Program-made: the position numbers and the translations under genes
Assembly (NCBI GenBank): GCA_038496445.1
Contig: JALMLS010000424.1
Span: 65,851 to 129,850 of the forward strand
Direction: 5' to 3'
DNA length: 64,000 nt
Source: Trichosphaerium sp. ATCC 40318
Lineage: Eukaryota; Protista; Tubulinea
The notes under the pieces: model-generated
What the model saw: only the letters and a program-made list of their open reading frames with translations
What the model was told of the DNA's origin: nothing
The model's database searches: none
Shown: positions 25,849-39,000 of the stretch, piece after piece
Layout of the letters: each line of letters starts with the position of its first letter
Position numbering within the stretch: the stretch's first letter is position 1

Positions 25849-27487
25849 ATGACACTCCATTTGCTTTGTGTATTTGTTCTGCTAATAGCTCCTATAATTG
25901 CTGGCACGCCATTCTTTAGCGTCAAATTCGACATTAACGAACGTAGCGAACCCTGAAGATAGTTTTATCAAATCAGGTGTCATATGGACTGGTACGGATG
26001 GTAAACCAGTACACGCACATGGTGGTGGTATCTATGTCGAAGGTGAAACGTATTATCTGGTTGGCACCACTCAGGTACGAAATTGAACCATTTATGACCT
26101 CTAAATAGCGTAGAAAATAGGACCTGTACAATTTCTATCATCGGGTTAGAGTTAACGGCTTTTTACGGCTTGTTGTAACTATTCTGTTAGGAATCAACCT
26201 GTATTCATCTACAGACCTAGCGAACTGGCATTTTGAAGGTTTGTAGTGGTTCTCAAACGTCACTAATAACATTAGGAGTCATTTTCCAAAATACAAGGTT
26301 TCCCTAACCATAAAAACTGTTGTTTCGGCCTTTAACTTTATTATCACTTAGTATAACTAACGTTGGTGCGAGTGGACCGTACCGTATTGAACGTCCAAAA
26401 ATAATCTACAACGAAATGACTAAAAAATATGTAATGTGGCACGTGATAACACAAATATTGACACGCTTTACTGACACGTGATAACTTTGTTTCATCAACT
26501 GACACGTTTTGCTGTTTATATTAACGCAGTTGCGTGTTGTCTAACCACTACTAGGTTCCATCTTGATACTGCAGGATTTACATTGCGTAACACAGGTTGG
26601 TGATGTTTATTTTGATATTATATTTACGTATTAGGCGTTGCAACATGCGATACAATAAATGGAGACTACAAGTTTGTTGCAGGCACCTTTATTTCTTTTG
26701 TTTATCTTTCGCTTCTGATTTGTTGGTAGGATTTAAACCTGATGGACTCGACAGTTTCGATATGGGGCTATACAAGGACGAAACAGGAGCTTGTACATTT
26801 AAAGTGGGTTATACGTTCCTTAATTGCTTGTAGATTTGGTTAGGTCAGTTGAGAATAAATACGCTGGCATTAGGTAATATCACTTCCAGTCATGTACAAC
26901 TCAATAATCCAATAGTAAACTATCAGATGATTACCTAAAGACTACAGGAATTATAAGCAAAGGACCACGGATTGAGGGTCAATGTATTTTTAAATACAAC
27001 AAGAGATATTACCTTCTTGGATCTCACCTAACTGGTATCTATCAGGATGTTTTAGTACGTTCTCACTGTGTTAGGTTGGAATGCAAACCAAGCTGTTTTA
27101 TCTATATCTGATGGTGATACACTGGACGGAGCTACTTGGACAGAGATTACACCTATAACAAGTTCTAAAACAACATACAATTCTCAAAGGTAAAAAAAGA
27201 ACACCAGAATTTTAGGTTTTTTTTTTAATTCATTGCTGATGATTATATCTAGTACCTACGTTTTACCTTATGTTCACCCTGACGGGAAATTGCTATTTAT
27301 ATACATGGGTGATAGATGGGCTTATCCTCACGTTGACCAAGTACGTTATGAGTAAAGTTAAGAAGAAGATATTCGTTTATTAACTTGTTGTTAACAGGCA
27401 AGCTATGTTTGGTTACCTATGGAAATTCACAGTACTGAAAATATCACGATGCCTTTTAAGGATCAGTGGCAAATCAAAAACTACTGA
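25849..27487 (+). CDS. Secreted glycoside hydrolase family 43 (subfamily 24-like, exo-beta-1,3-galactanase type)
   Basis: Signal peptide, then WTGTDGKPVHAHGGGI, INLYSSTDLANWHFEG, IERPKIIYN..TKKYVMWFHLD, DSFDMGLYKD, TYNSQSTYVLP, IYMGDRW and SYVWLPM; TGA 27485-27487. Confidence 0.9.
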
Positions 27488-27878
27488 ATAGGTAGCCAAG
27501 CAATAATAAACGAAACTGCTGTGAGTTTTCATAAATTCATCACATTCTTAGGTTTCATTCTCAAGCCTGCAAATCAATGACTTTTAGTTGTATTTGAGTT
27601 GTACATGTGTTGCTACAAACCTGAGTTGGAAGTAATTTTGAAGTTTTAGCTCTCTTTTTTTTTTTTGATAGTATGAACTGTGTTGATCGAAATGCCAAGC
27701 ATGTAAATCGCGTTTGTGTAGATTGAGCAATGACTTCAAAATTTATACCTGTCTTAGTCAAATATTATGCTACTCCACTGTGGGCCCACTGTCTGAAACC
27801 ATCTTTGGCGCGTGTACTTTTGCAACGAGTTTTCGGCACGTGTTCTTTATCTTCAGGAGTTCAAACATTGACAACAAC

Positions 27879-28445
27879 ATGAACACCTTTTCTGTGATAT
27901 TGGCAATAGTGTTTATTTCAACAGCATCAGGGTTATTGTTTTCAACTGGTATTTTCGACGAGGGATGCACTGTGTGGCTCGCAACAGCTCCAGATGTTAC
28001 CAGTAGTGAGGGAGGCATATGGCTAGTGGACACAGACCATAAATACTGGGTTTATGACAGTGCAAACGGTTATTTTTGTTACACATACAACTGGGAAAGT
28101 ACTTCAACCCTTCTTGAACCAGAATCAAACAACGTAGAAATATTGACAGCGTTCTGGGACCATAATGCTATAGTAAAAGAATCTGGTGCTGCCATTGATG
28201 TAATCACAACATCAAAGGTCAAATATGTAAGCATTGATATACCAGGGACTGATAGCTTTGTATCAACTTTTGAAACTTTGGATAAAGGGTTCAATGCAAC
28301 TTGCTGGAACAAAGCCGTAAGCTCTGAATCATGCAGTGCAAAGTATAGTAAAATCAAAGGCCTTGTTTCTGAATATAAGCTAGACATTGACCTGTCACCA
28401 GAAAGTGTATTTTGTGGTGGGTCCAAAGACAACAATGAGCTTTAA
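27879..28445 (+). CDS. Intronless secreted protein of unknown function
   Basis: ATG 27879 gives signal peptide MNTFSVILAIVFISTASG; the rest is rich in Cys, Trp and Tyr. Confidence 0.65.
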   Translation: MNTFSVILAIVFISTASGLLFSTGIFDEGCTVWLATAPDVTSSEGGIWLVDTDHKYWVYDSANGYFCYTYNWESTSTLLEPESNNVEILTAFWDHNAIVKESGAAIDVITTSKVKYVSIDIPGTDSFVSTFETLDKGFNATCWNKAVSSESCSAKYSKIKGLVSEYKLDIDLSPESVFCGGSKDNNEL

Positions 28446-28541
28446 AATAAAACTTTTATTTGGTCCAAGTTTTTTTTTTATGACGAGCCTTGTTACATCA
28501 GCTGAGCTCTCCTGCGGTTTTATTTTTGAAAAAGAAGGAGC

Positions 28542-30207
28542 TCACTTATCTTTTTTAATTGGATTCTTGCAAGTACGTAATCTTGTGGTCGAAAAGGGAC
28601 ACTCAGGGTTTACATAAATCTAGGGAAAAAAAAAGTAAGGAAATTGGATTCTCGTTTTGTTAGAAAAACAACTTACAAATGCCCATTCTTTACCAAAAGC
28701 TGGCCAGTATTCATTCGTTTCTTTTGCTACAAGTCTGAATCCATCGTCTAATATACCATCCATCAAATTCATAAATTTTACTATATCTTGTGTTCTGTTT
28801 TTGCTGTAAAAATGCGTCTCCATCTAATTTTTAAGAAAAAACAAAGATTAGCCTTGAGAAGAACAATAAAATGAATGTACAATCATTTGCCATATAGGAA
28901 TTGATCCCTCTTGAGACGAGAATACTTGAGGAATGATACCATATTCACCACCTGTAACAAAAAGCGTTATCGTTAATTTTTTTGGTTTGCTAAGCTCTTT
29001 GCTTGCCTTCAACGTCAATCTTTAAAATGTCAATATGATCATGACCAAGCTCTTTCATTATTTGGTCCCAAGTTCTTTGTGTCTTAAGATGTTTTTGTCT
29101 TGGCTTGTGTACCCATGCATAAGGATGAAAGTGTATTCTAGGATCCAGATTTTCAGCTTTTGTTCCTTTAAACCATTAATTAACAAGATATACAGTCAAA
29201 TTACACTCATAGTACACAGAAAAAACGCAGTGTAAAGGTAAATAAACCGAAATTTTGAAGGATTGTTGCGCGAGAGATTATGTTTTTGCGTAGTAAAAAA
29301 TCAAAACCAAAAACATGTGTTAACTTAAAACATCTTCAAGACCTCTTACCTTTTGGATCGAAAGTATGAATTTCACAATCAGCGTATTTCAATAAATTAT
29401 TCTCTATTTATAGTGGTAAGTTTCATATAAACACGTGATAAATGACGGGATTAATGAAATAAAAAAAAAAGTGGTGAAAGCTTCAAACTTTTCTCAAAAA
29501 GGGTTTTTTTAGATGCGTACCAAAGTCAAAGTTATCAGCACTACCAACTGAATACACAATACATGGTAACGGGTCTTCAGAGAGCTCTAAAACATCACAT
29601 ACAAATTTTGCTCCATCGCCTACTTCACCTATTCTTGCCATATCTTTACAACTCCATTGTGGCTCGTATAAAAAGTTTGCAAGTTCAACCTTGCTATTGG
29701 TCAAAGACCCTCTGTTCCATATAGGCAATGGCCATTTCTCTTAAAGTAAATTGTAAGTAATAAATATTAATACTGAGTACACACTGGCTTCTAGAAGTGG
29801 ACGGACTTCATCTCGTAATTTAGTAAATTTCTCCTAGTTTTTTTCTTCTTGTTAGTAAAATGTTTCATCAAAATAAGACGTATGTCAAGCATTTCGTCAT
29901 ACCTCCATATCATAGTAAAATTGAAGCCTGAATTTCTCGCTCTTGGAGAAAACTTGTTTTCTAGAACAAAGTATCAACAAGATACAAATTCCTGGTCTTT
30001 GAAAAAAAATAAAGAAATCACGTGATTAGATTTTGAAAAGCTTTTTATGATCTATAGTATTACGTACTGTGGCGCGGCGTCGTATTTACCCATAGCAAAT
30101 AATGTAATCAAAATAAGGCCGCCTATTAAAACAACGCCAATGACTACTCCGCGTATTGTACTGCTACCGCTTTGCTTTTGTGGCGTTCCAGTGTTCATAT
30201 CCTTCAT
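28542..30207 (-). CDS. Type II membrane SAM-dependent methyltransferase (Methyltransf_22/METTL24-like)
   Basis: N-terminal TM GVVIGVVLIGGLILITLF, then RIGEVGDGAKFVC, CIVYSVGSADNFDFE, EIHTFDP, LGHDHIDILKIDVEGGE and METH...GFRLVAKETN. Confidence 0.85.
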
Positions 30208-30776
30208 TGTCTCTGTTTACTTCTAAAAAGTACGTAAGGTTAACTTGCTCTTGTTGTACGTATAAAGCAAACGCGTTTCTTATTCTAACCTTATTTTTTG
30301 ACAACGTTTACAAAATTATCTAGAACTGATTCTAGTAACGCTTCAACTTGATGAGCTCCAATATTTAGAACAGGTGTTAGGTTTGAACTGCGCCTGGTAA
30401 ACAAAAGTCTACCTAAGTAACATCACGAGATGAATTTTGAGCAAAATTCAAAAAACGTGCGTGCATGTGTAGTATGTTCTATACAACCCTCTTAAATGTC
30501 ATACATCGTTAACTAGATAGTAATGTACACACGGAGTATCTCTCAGCACACGCGAATAAAGAAAAACTTCAATGAATCTAATCCGAGTTTTCTCGTTTAA
30601 CAGCATCGCTAAGAACACTTTTATCAAGCACGTACGTAGTAGATAGTACAATTGGTATACCTTGTATAATACCTCGCAGGAAGGCTATGTTTAGAACAAC
30701 ACTGCATCATCCAACCAAGTAAAGTTAGCGTTTAGTGGCTTTGACATTGAAATTTATGGATTTTATTTTATTGTAC

Positions 30777-32270
30777 TTATACAACTTGCTCGTAACCTAG
30801 TCCTTTTGCTACAGCATTTTTAAGCTTTGCCTTTTCCTTTGCTCTTCTAACGAGCAATACTATTACACCAACAAGTATTATGATTATAGCAATGCATATA
30901 GCAACGCTTAGTATAATTGGAAGTAGGTGATTTTCACAGGTTTTAGTAACACTTAGTATTATAATTACGTTTGACTTCGTATATTTCTCTATACCTTGTA
31001 CAGAGGAGCAATCATCATTATGAAGAACGGTAACATTGTGAGACCCTTCATTGGAGCACTGAAATCGCGCAACTTCAATAGTGTCACCTACGAAAAATAG
31101 CGTTAGAGTTTGGTTCATAGTAATGCTATCATACCATCTCGTGGATTAGTGACATGTACATTAAGTGTTGCGTTTTCTGACACAATATAACATCCGTTTA
31201 CTGTAACAACAGTGCTATCTCCTAAATCAAGTGTCGCATCTTCAAGCGTTAAAGAGCCATTCTGAAGTGTTTTTTGATTAGCATCCTCATCTTGAGTAAA
31301 AATGTGATGACGTACTACAAATGTATCCTCGGCTACAATAATGATAACCCTCTCAGCGCTTTCAGTACATGTTACATTATCAGAAGAGCACAGAGGGCTA
31401 CTAAAGTCTTCTTCTATTTTCTCTAAACAAGGTTACTACTTACTTATAAGATATCAAACCTAGTTCCTTACCACATAGAACAAGCAAGTGAGAAGCGTTA
31501 CAATACATATCATTAAAAGCACCACTCCGCATTCCACCGCATAACTCTGGCTCTATTGGAGCACCATCAAAACCAGGGCTGACGATAAGAGAAGGATTTG
31601 AAGGGAGCCAATTTTCGCTCAAATATTGAGATAGCTCAGTGTCGCTACCAACGTGAGATTTTCTGTTTAAAGTGAAGTTGCACTTACCTATAAACTTCAT
31701 ACAGTTCTGTTGAAGTTAAGTTTACACCACTCTCCCACTGGAACAAACTAAGTGCATATCGGCATGTATCACAATGAAGGTATCCAGTCCTTTGACACTC
31801 CGAACAACTACATTCAATGGGCTTCGAGCTGTTACTAGAATAACACAATGTCAGGTGCAAGTTGCAAAAAGCACGTGCGCACTACTTACGTAATACAAGT
31901 GTACGGTGCTTCTGGATATGAGGGCATCAACCGCTTTAAATTAACCCAGTGTTGGACTGTACTGTTACCAATAGCGTTTATTGCATCGGTTAAATCTTGT
32001 CGTGTCAGTATTTCCGCAAGTCTCATGCTCCTAGTGATAATAATGATTCAAACGCGTTATGGGGTGGTATTAAGGCCGTACATATTACTGCAGCGCTCTT
32101 TCGCTTCACTTAGTGAACTTTTTACTTGTATTGCTTTGTACTTATTTTCCTAGCTGTGTTTAGAGTAACCACGCGTCAAAAAACTGAGAAGTTACCTGTT
32201 CACTGTTCGCAAGAGCTAAACAAGCAAACAATACGCCAAAAAACACCGCGGTGTGCATGTTTATGAGCAT
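30777..32270 (-). CDS. Single-pass receptor/adhesin with C-type-lectin-like domain
   Basis: Signal peptide; AKERC..MRLAEI, HWVNL, FQWESG, NWLPSNP and ELCGGMRSGAFNDMYC...VLC; TM LLPIILSVAICIAIIIILVGVIVLLV; cytoplasmic YEQV motif. Start is 32270 or 32258. Confidence 0.75.
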
Positions 32271-33099
32271 TATTTTATCTACGGTAAGATTCAGTACATA
32301 TCGCTCAGAAAGGCAAACCTTGATATAAATGGTTGTGGAAGATGTAACACACGCGGTAGTGATGTAGTGACAGTTATTTAATCAACACTTAACACACGGA
32401 ATAGGTTTTTTAAGCACAATCAAGTTATGTCGTTATTATCTCTCCGTAATAAGGCCTAGATAGCTCTCCGTAAATTACTGGTTTCCGGCCTATTTTAGCC
32501 TCACAAAACGCTGCAGTTCGGTCAAATACTGTTCAAAACTGTAAATAAAGTATAAAACGTTAAAGCGGCAACAAGCACAAGCAGCTGCATAACATTACAA
32601 TACAGACATTGGAATTCCAGCCCATACTACGTGAGGTGCGCAAGTACTAGCTAATGGCATACGGGACTACCACTAGTCCATAGCAGAGGCTCTTCGCTTT
32701 TTGTGATACTTCTCCTGTTTTTAGGCTCCCTGCGCACTATACCTCGCGGGAAGCGCGTAGTGAGCTCGGTTTAAAGCACCAACTGCAATTTGTCACTTTT
32801 TTTGATCAAAAGAACTCCTTTTTTTCATGTGATAGCGTTAGTTACGGCCCTAACCGCGCAATGGCTTGTTTTCTATTTTCATTTTAAACTCAGAGGCCAG
32901 TTGTCACTGTTCGCACATACACGGTCATAAATTGTTGTATAATTCGCGGGAACGGCATAAAATCGCAAAAAAGCCGTTATGCTGACTCCCCAAAATCAGT
33001 TAATTCACTTGCCGCAAACGTGTCACTTTCCTAAACCATACTCCGGACACACTACAAGCAACAACCAGAACTAAATACCTGTAGACAAAAAATCCAGCA

Positions 33100-34608
33100 A
33101 TGCAGATTATGGACCAAGTGTGGCTTCTTAGCGCTGGCGCAACGATACTAGTAATGTCTATTGCAGGCATAGCGCGACTACTGAAGTTCTGGACAGTATC
33201 GAGCGGGTACGCCAACTTGTATTCTCACACGCGAGCGTAGTCCCCAGCGCATTATTCACAGCTCAACTATCTTTTCTTACGTGTCACATTAGCAAGTGCT
33301 TAGTCATCGAAAGTTTCGGCAAATACAAGACAGTTCTGGGTCCTGGTTTTCATGTGACGTGCGCTTTGTTCTATGAGCCTAAAGCAGTAGATTGGAAATT
33401 TCAAGCAGATGAGTACAGTGATGGTTCCAAGTCAGTTGTAACAAGAAGGTACGGTTTTTTTTTCAGTTGGAAAATTCGAAGCTTAGTTTTCTTCTTCTAG
33501 CATCAAAGGGTTCTTGATTCCATCACATATTATAAGCCTTGACGTACCAGAGATCAACGTTATCACGAAAGATAAATGTGAGGTTTTTGTAGACTTGAAT
33601 TGTTATGTAAAGATGGTTGATCCAAAACTTGCTGTATACGCTATTGATGATCCTCTGGATTACATGGAACGCAACATTGAGACTGCTCTTCGCGATGTAC
33701 GTAAATATTTTGAAAGCGGAGCGCGTAAATTTACACAGGTTTACGCGTTGTAAGTAAACTACAAAAAAAATTGTAGTGATTAAGAACTAACGAGGCCTCA
33801 GGTTTGCTGTACATTAACACAGGAAGAGCTATTTCAGGTACGCTATTGCGGTTTGAAAACTAGAATTCACCAGGCTTGGTTATTTTATTTAAACGTTTTA
33901 CACTTGCTTTACGCGCTACTGCTTCTGTTTTGTCGCGTCTGACTATTCCTTTCTCTAAGTATTTTTAGTCTGTACCTTTAGTTAGAAATCGTTTAACACA
34001 CGCAATGGAGTCCGCAAAGGAAGATTGCGGCTTTGTAATGCATAAACTTGATGTACAACAAATCAAAGTAAGACCTCCATATTTTTTTAATTCGCCTCTT
34101 ACGTTCCCTCTAGTTCAGCGATGAGATACAAACCGCTGTGAATGATCAAATTATAGCACAGAGAAAACATAAAGCAGCTGTTACAAATATGAACATTAAA
34201 CGTCAAGAACAGGAGATGGAACAGCTACTAAAACTTAAACTTTCACAAATGCAAGCAGACTATAATATGGCTGAGTTAAAAAAGAAGTCACAACAGATTT
34301 TTGATGCTTTTTCTCAGCGCGTAGAGATGGAGAAATTGGCAAAAGACAAACTTGGATCAGAGTACGCTATGGAGTTCTTAAGGTTACGTGAGATGAAGGA
34401 GGCTTTGGTAAAGGCTCGTGTAGTTTACATGCCACATAATACAAAATTGGTACTTGGCTCTAAAGGACTTGGAAAGTATAACGAAGGTATTGGTGTCTCT
34501 TCGACACCAATGCCAGTTGATGTTAAGAGTGGTACAGGTAGTAAAGGCTTAGAAGACTTGATTGGTGATGAAATACGCGAAGAAGAGGTTGTTTTTACTG
34601 ATGTGTAA
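33100..34608 (+). CDS. SPFH/Band-7 (stomatin-like) protein
   Basis: N-terminal hydrophobic segment, LVIESFGKYKTVLGPGFH, EINVITKDKCEV.VD, VDPKLAVYAIDDP and a C-terminal coiled coil. Confidence 0.88.
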
Positions 34609-35200
34609 AGGGGTTTTTGGTCGCTTTTTTTTTTGCTTTGGGGTTCTACGTTTGTAGGTCGTTAAAGTATTGGTTCGTTGTAAAAAAAAAAAGTGTTTGT
34701 ATTCGGTTTAGTGTAAATAAAGATCAAGAAGACATTAAATTTACTCCTTCTTTTTATTGATTTATGTCGTGTCCTTAATCCAGAGTGTCTTTCCGTGGTG
34801 TCTCACACTTATCGATGGAAAACCAGACGTAAAGTTTCGTAAACGCGCTCAAAACCGCCGTGGATTTTAATATGGTGAGTAACAACAATTTTTATGACGC
34901 CTTGAGCAGTTTTGGTAATGGTTCCGATTCAAAAAACGTGATCACACTGTGAACCGATAAAAACCACCGCATACCTCTAGAACACGCGCGCCAAGCCGAT
35001 ATACTCGTAGGTTCTATAATTTGCAACTTAAACGCGCGCTTTACGCTAATTGCAAACTCACGAAAGAATCAAACACGAGTAAAGACTTTTTGGAAGTGTT
35101 ACATTTTTACTAAAAGTACAATTAAAGTTGTTTTTACAAGGTTTTTTTCTGGTGGTTTTTTTTAGCGTCTTGGCCGAAGTAGAGTTGTTCATTGGAGTTA

Positions 35201-35503
35201 TTAGTCACGCGTGGGTGGTTTGTTGCCTTTCAGCGTTTCTATTCGTTCATCCAAAAACGCAAAAAGGGAAGTTTCTACATCTTCAAAATGCTGTCTGTAG
35301 TCGCAATCGTGTGAGCACGCGGCCATCGTGTTGAGACCAAGCTGATGACCAGTTTTTTTGTCTTGTGCCTGGAAAGTAATGCCAACGCCGGCAGCCTTCT
35401 TGCCGAAAGGTCTTGTAGTTGTAAGCTTCATTGTAGGCTTCTTTGTTGCCGATTTAAATACTTGGTTGGCGAAGTTTCGGATAGATTTAATCAAGGTGGA
35501 CAT
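35201..35503 (-). CDS. Small intronless hypothetical protein (100 aa)
   Basis: Isolated ATG-initiated ORF with protein-like composition between convergent and divergent neighbours; no family recognised. Confidence 0.5.
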   Translation of the reverse strand: MSTLIKSIRNFANQVFKSATKKPTMKLTTTRPFGKKAAGVGITFQAQDKKTGHQLGLNTMAACSHDCDYRQHFEDVETSLFAFLDERIETLKGNKPPTRD

Positions 35504-36009
35504 TTAGGAAGAGGTGTTTATATAGTTGAAGAAGTAGTTGATTACGGTGTTAAGTCTCAAGATTGTCAAGAATTCTTCGTTTCCACTTCTACTCAAGAAA
35601 AAAAAAGGAATTTTGGTTAACAGCCACAAGTTTATTTTAGAGGCTATAAACGCATTCTTCAATACACCGACGCTTAATCTGGATCCTCTGCGCATGTAAA
35701 GCGTGCAAAGTCTCTTGAGAACCTAAATGAAAATTGTAGATATCTGTCTTTTTCTTCTTTTACTGCTTTCACAAGTGTTTGAAGTGCTCAGTATTGAGAA
35801 TGATTCTGTTTATGAAGCGTTGCGAGCGAGGAAAACAGTTTGCCCAAACTGGTGTTACTGACGATCGAATACTCGCGACAGTAAAGGGTGTGGTGGATAG
35901 CTACATACCTCACGATAGTAACTCACATTTGTGAAGAACGCCCCCATTTTTTTTAGCTCTCTTGTACGTGTAACACCTTATCGCTGCCACATACAACATA
36001 TAATCCAAG

Positions 36010-39000
36010 ATGGTACACGTTTATAACCTACGAACGCAAGCTAATCCTGTCTTAGACCTACTCGTCGAAAACGGGTATGGACGACATGGTTATGTTGTCC
36101 AAGGTATCCAATGACAGCATTCTGGATAATCTGCACAAGGTAAACATTTAAATCAGTTATCCTGCTTTCTAGCATTTCCAATTACCACGCAAGAAAGAAA
36201 GCGATATTATCGCTAGCGCTTGTCCTAAACCGAAAACTTCCAATTTGTTTTTTTGCCTTCTCTTTTTTTGACTGCTTTTTTGTAGCGCTATGACAAGGAC
36301 ATTATCTACACATATATCGGTCATGTGCTCATATCTATCAATCCTTTCAGAAGGCACGACGAACTCAAAATTTTACAGTTTTAGACCACCAGACATTAAT
36401 GATACTAATACCATCATGTCAATAAAACGGGTGACGTCAAGAAACGCTATCCCTCTCTTTTGAAAAAAATATTTAACGTTTTCTCGCTTTCAACTCATCT
36501 AAAACTACCCTAGAATCAAAGGATTATACGAAGACCAGGTTGTTATGGACTATCGTGGTAAATTTCGATACGAAATGCCTCCTCACGTGTACGCACTTGG
36601 TACGACAACCCAAACCATAGTAAAGCTAGAAAAAATTTTGGTTTTTTTAACACCAAAAATTATAGCGGACGATATGTTTAGAAACATGCTTGCTGATGAA
36701 CAAAATCAATGTGTGATTATATCCGGTGAGAGGTACGAAAATACAAGTAGTTTATATAAAATCAAAAAACGACCTTTCGTATCACGTGAGAGGACACAAA
36801 AAAAAAGGAAATACATTTGGTCCACTAACCAACCTTTTTTTTAGTGGTGCCGGTAAGACTGAGGCCAGTAAACTTATTCTTCAGTATATTGCTGCTCATT
36901 CTGGATCTGGTGCTGATGTACAGCGTGTAAAGAACGTTATATTGGGTACTTGAGACGAGAACTTCCTTTTTGGACTTGTCGCATTAACTTTGTTCCTATA
37001 GACTCAAATCCACTGCTTGAAGCTTTCGGAAACGCCAAGACAATCAGAAATAACAACTCCTCACGCTTTGTACGAGGAATCTACTAAAAATTCCCTCGGA
37101 ACTAATCAACGGTTAGGGTAAATACATGGAGATCCAATTCGATCGTGGTGGTGATCCAAAAGGTGGTAGAATTACGAATTGTATCCTTATACTGTTAAAT
37201 ATTTTCTGTTTCGTGAATAAGATCTTCATTTTTCATTAACATCCACATACTTGCTTGAAAAATCAAGATTGGTGTACCAACAAAAGGGAGAGAGAAACTT
37301 TCACGTATTTTACCAACTACTTGAGGGTGCTGATGGTAAACTAAAAGGTACACTTGCGCTTTTTTTTTCTCCAATTTAGCTTTCCATTATTTATTTTTTG
37401 TTAGAGGACTTCAGACTTCAAGACGCAAGTTACTATCACTACTGTAACCAAGGAGGATCACCTAAAGTAGATACAATCGATGATAAAGAGGAATTCGCTG
37501 AGATGATGGTACAACAGTTTTTGATTCAAAAAAACATTCAACGGTTTCTCAACTTATTCTTATATGCGATTAGCAAGCTATGACTACTATGGGATTATCA
37601 AGTCAAGAACAACACGAAGTATTGCGTATAGTTGCTGGTATTTTATGGCTCGGTAAGTGAACAAACAAGCTAGAAACTGGTTTTTAATGTACGTTAGGAA
37701 ACGTTACATTCCAAAACGATGCAAAAGACGCAGCTCAAATTGTGGACGCCAACGTTCTTCAAATGGCAGCCTATTTGTTCCAAATGGACCCAGAGATGAT
37801 GAAAAAAGCTCTCACTCACAGGTCCGGTTCATATTGTTCCGCTTTTTTTTTTGTTGTGATTGTGCTCATCATTCTCGTTTAGAACTATTACTACTGGTGG
37901 TGGTAGAGGTGGAAGAGAATCTACTTACGCTGTACCACTTGATGTAGAAGGTGCTGTATATGCTCGCGATGCTTTTGCCAAAGCAACATACTCTCGTATG
38001 TTCAACTACCTTGTCGCCAAGATTAATGTCGCTCTGGGATTCCAAAACGTAAGCCTCACTTCACCATTGTATATTTTGTATATTAATACATAGTTAGGCA
38101 AAATACGAAATGTTGGGTATCCTCGGTACGTCTAAGAGAGTCACATACTTAAAACAAGGGAAGTTTCTCATTTTTTTCCAACTTTAGATATTTACGGTTT
38201 CGAGATTTTCGACAATAACGGGTTTGAACAAGTACGTCTTCTTCTTCTTTTATGTCCACGTGTTGTTTAATAATTTTTCTTCGTGTTTTAGCTTTGCATC
38301 AACTACGTTAATGAGAGGTTACAACAAATTTTCATCAACTTGACGTTGAAAGAAGAGCAAGAAGAATACGGTCGTGAAGGTATTCCATGGGAAGATATCG
38401 ACTTTTTCAACAACAAAATTTGTTGTGATTTGATCGACGCTAAGAAGGTAACCTTTTCACAACTACCGTGGTATATTTATACTCTATAGAACCCTATTGG
38501 TATCTTTACTTTGCTGGATGATACGTGCAACTTCCCAAAGGGCACAGATGAGAAGTTCCTTCAAAAAATGTCTGAGCGTAAGTAAATTCCTCCGATCGCT
38601 GAGATTTTTTTAATTAATTTATAGACCACGGTTCACACGCTCATTGGAAGGGTGCTGGCGCCCAGGCTTTCACTGTTAAGCACTACGCTGGTGATGTAAG
38701 CGTTATTCATTTGTAAACGACACTTACCGTTTCTACAGGTAACCTACAACATTAATGGATTTTGCGATAAGAACAAAGATTTATTGTACAATGATCTGGT
38801 AAACTTGGCGCTTTGCACTGGTAAGTTCTTTCCTTTTGTGTTTCAATCCTTCTAACTCTTGTATTATTTTAGAGTCAAAACTTATACCTACACTCTATCC
38901 AGAGTCTCGCCAAGCTCAAGATAAGCGCAGACCAACAACATGTAGTTTTAAGATAAAAGTAAGAAAATATACTAACTCACCCAAGCACTTCGACTTATCA

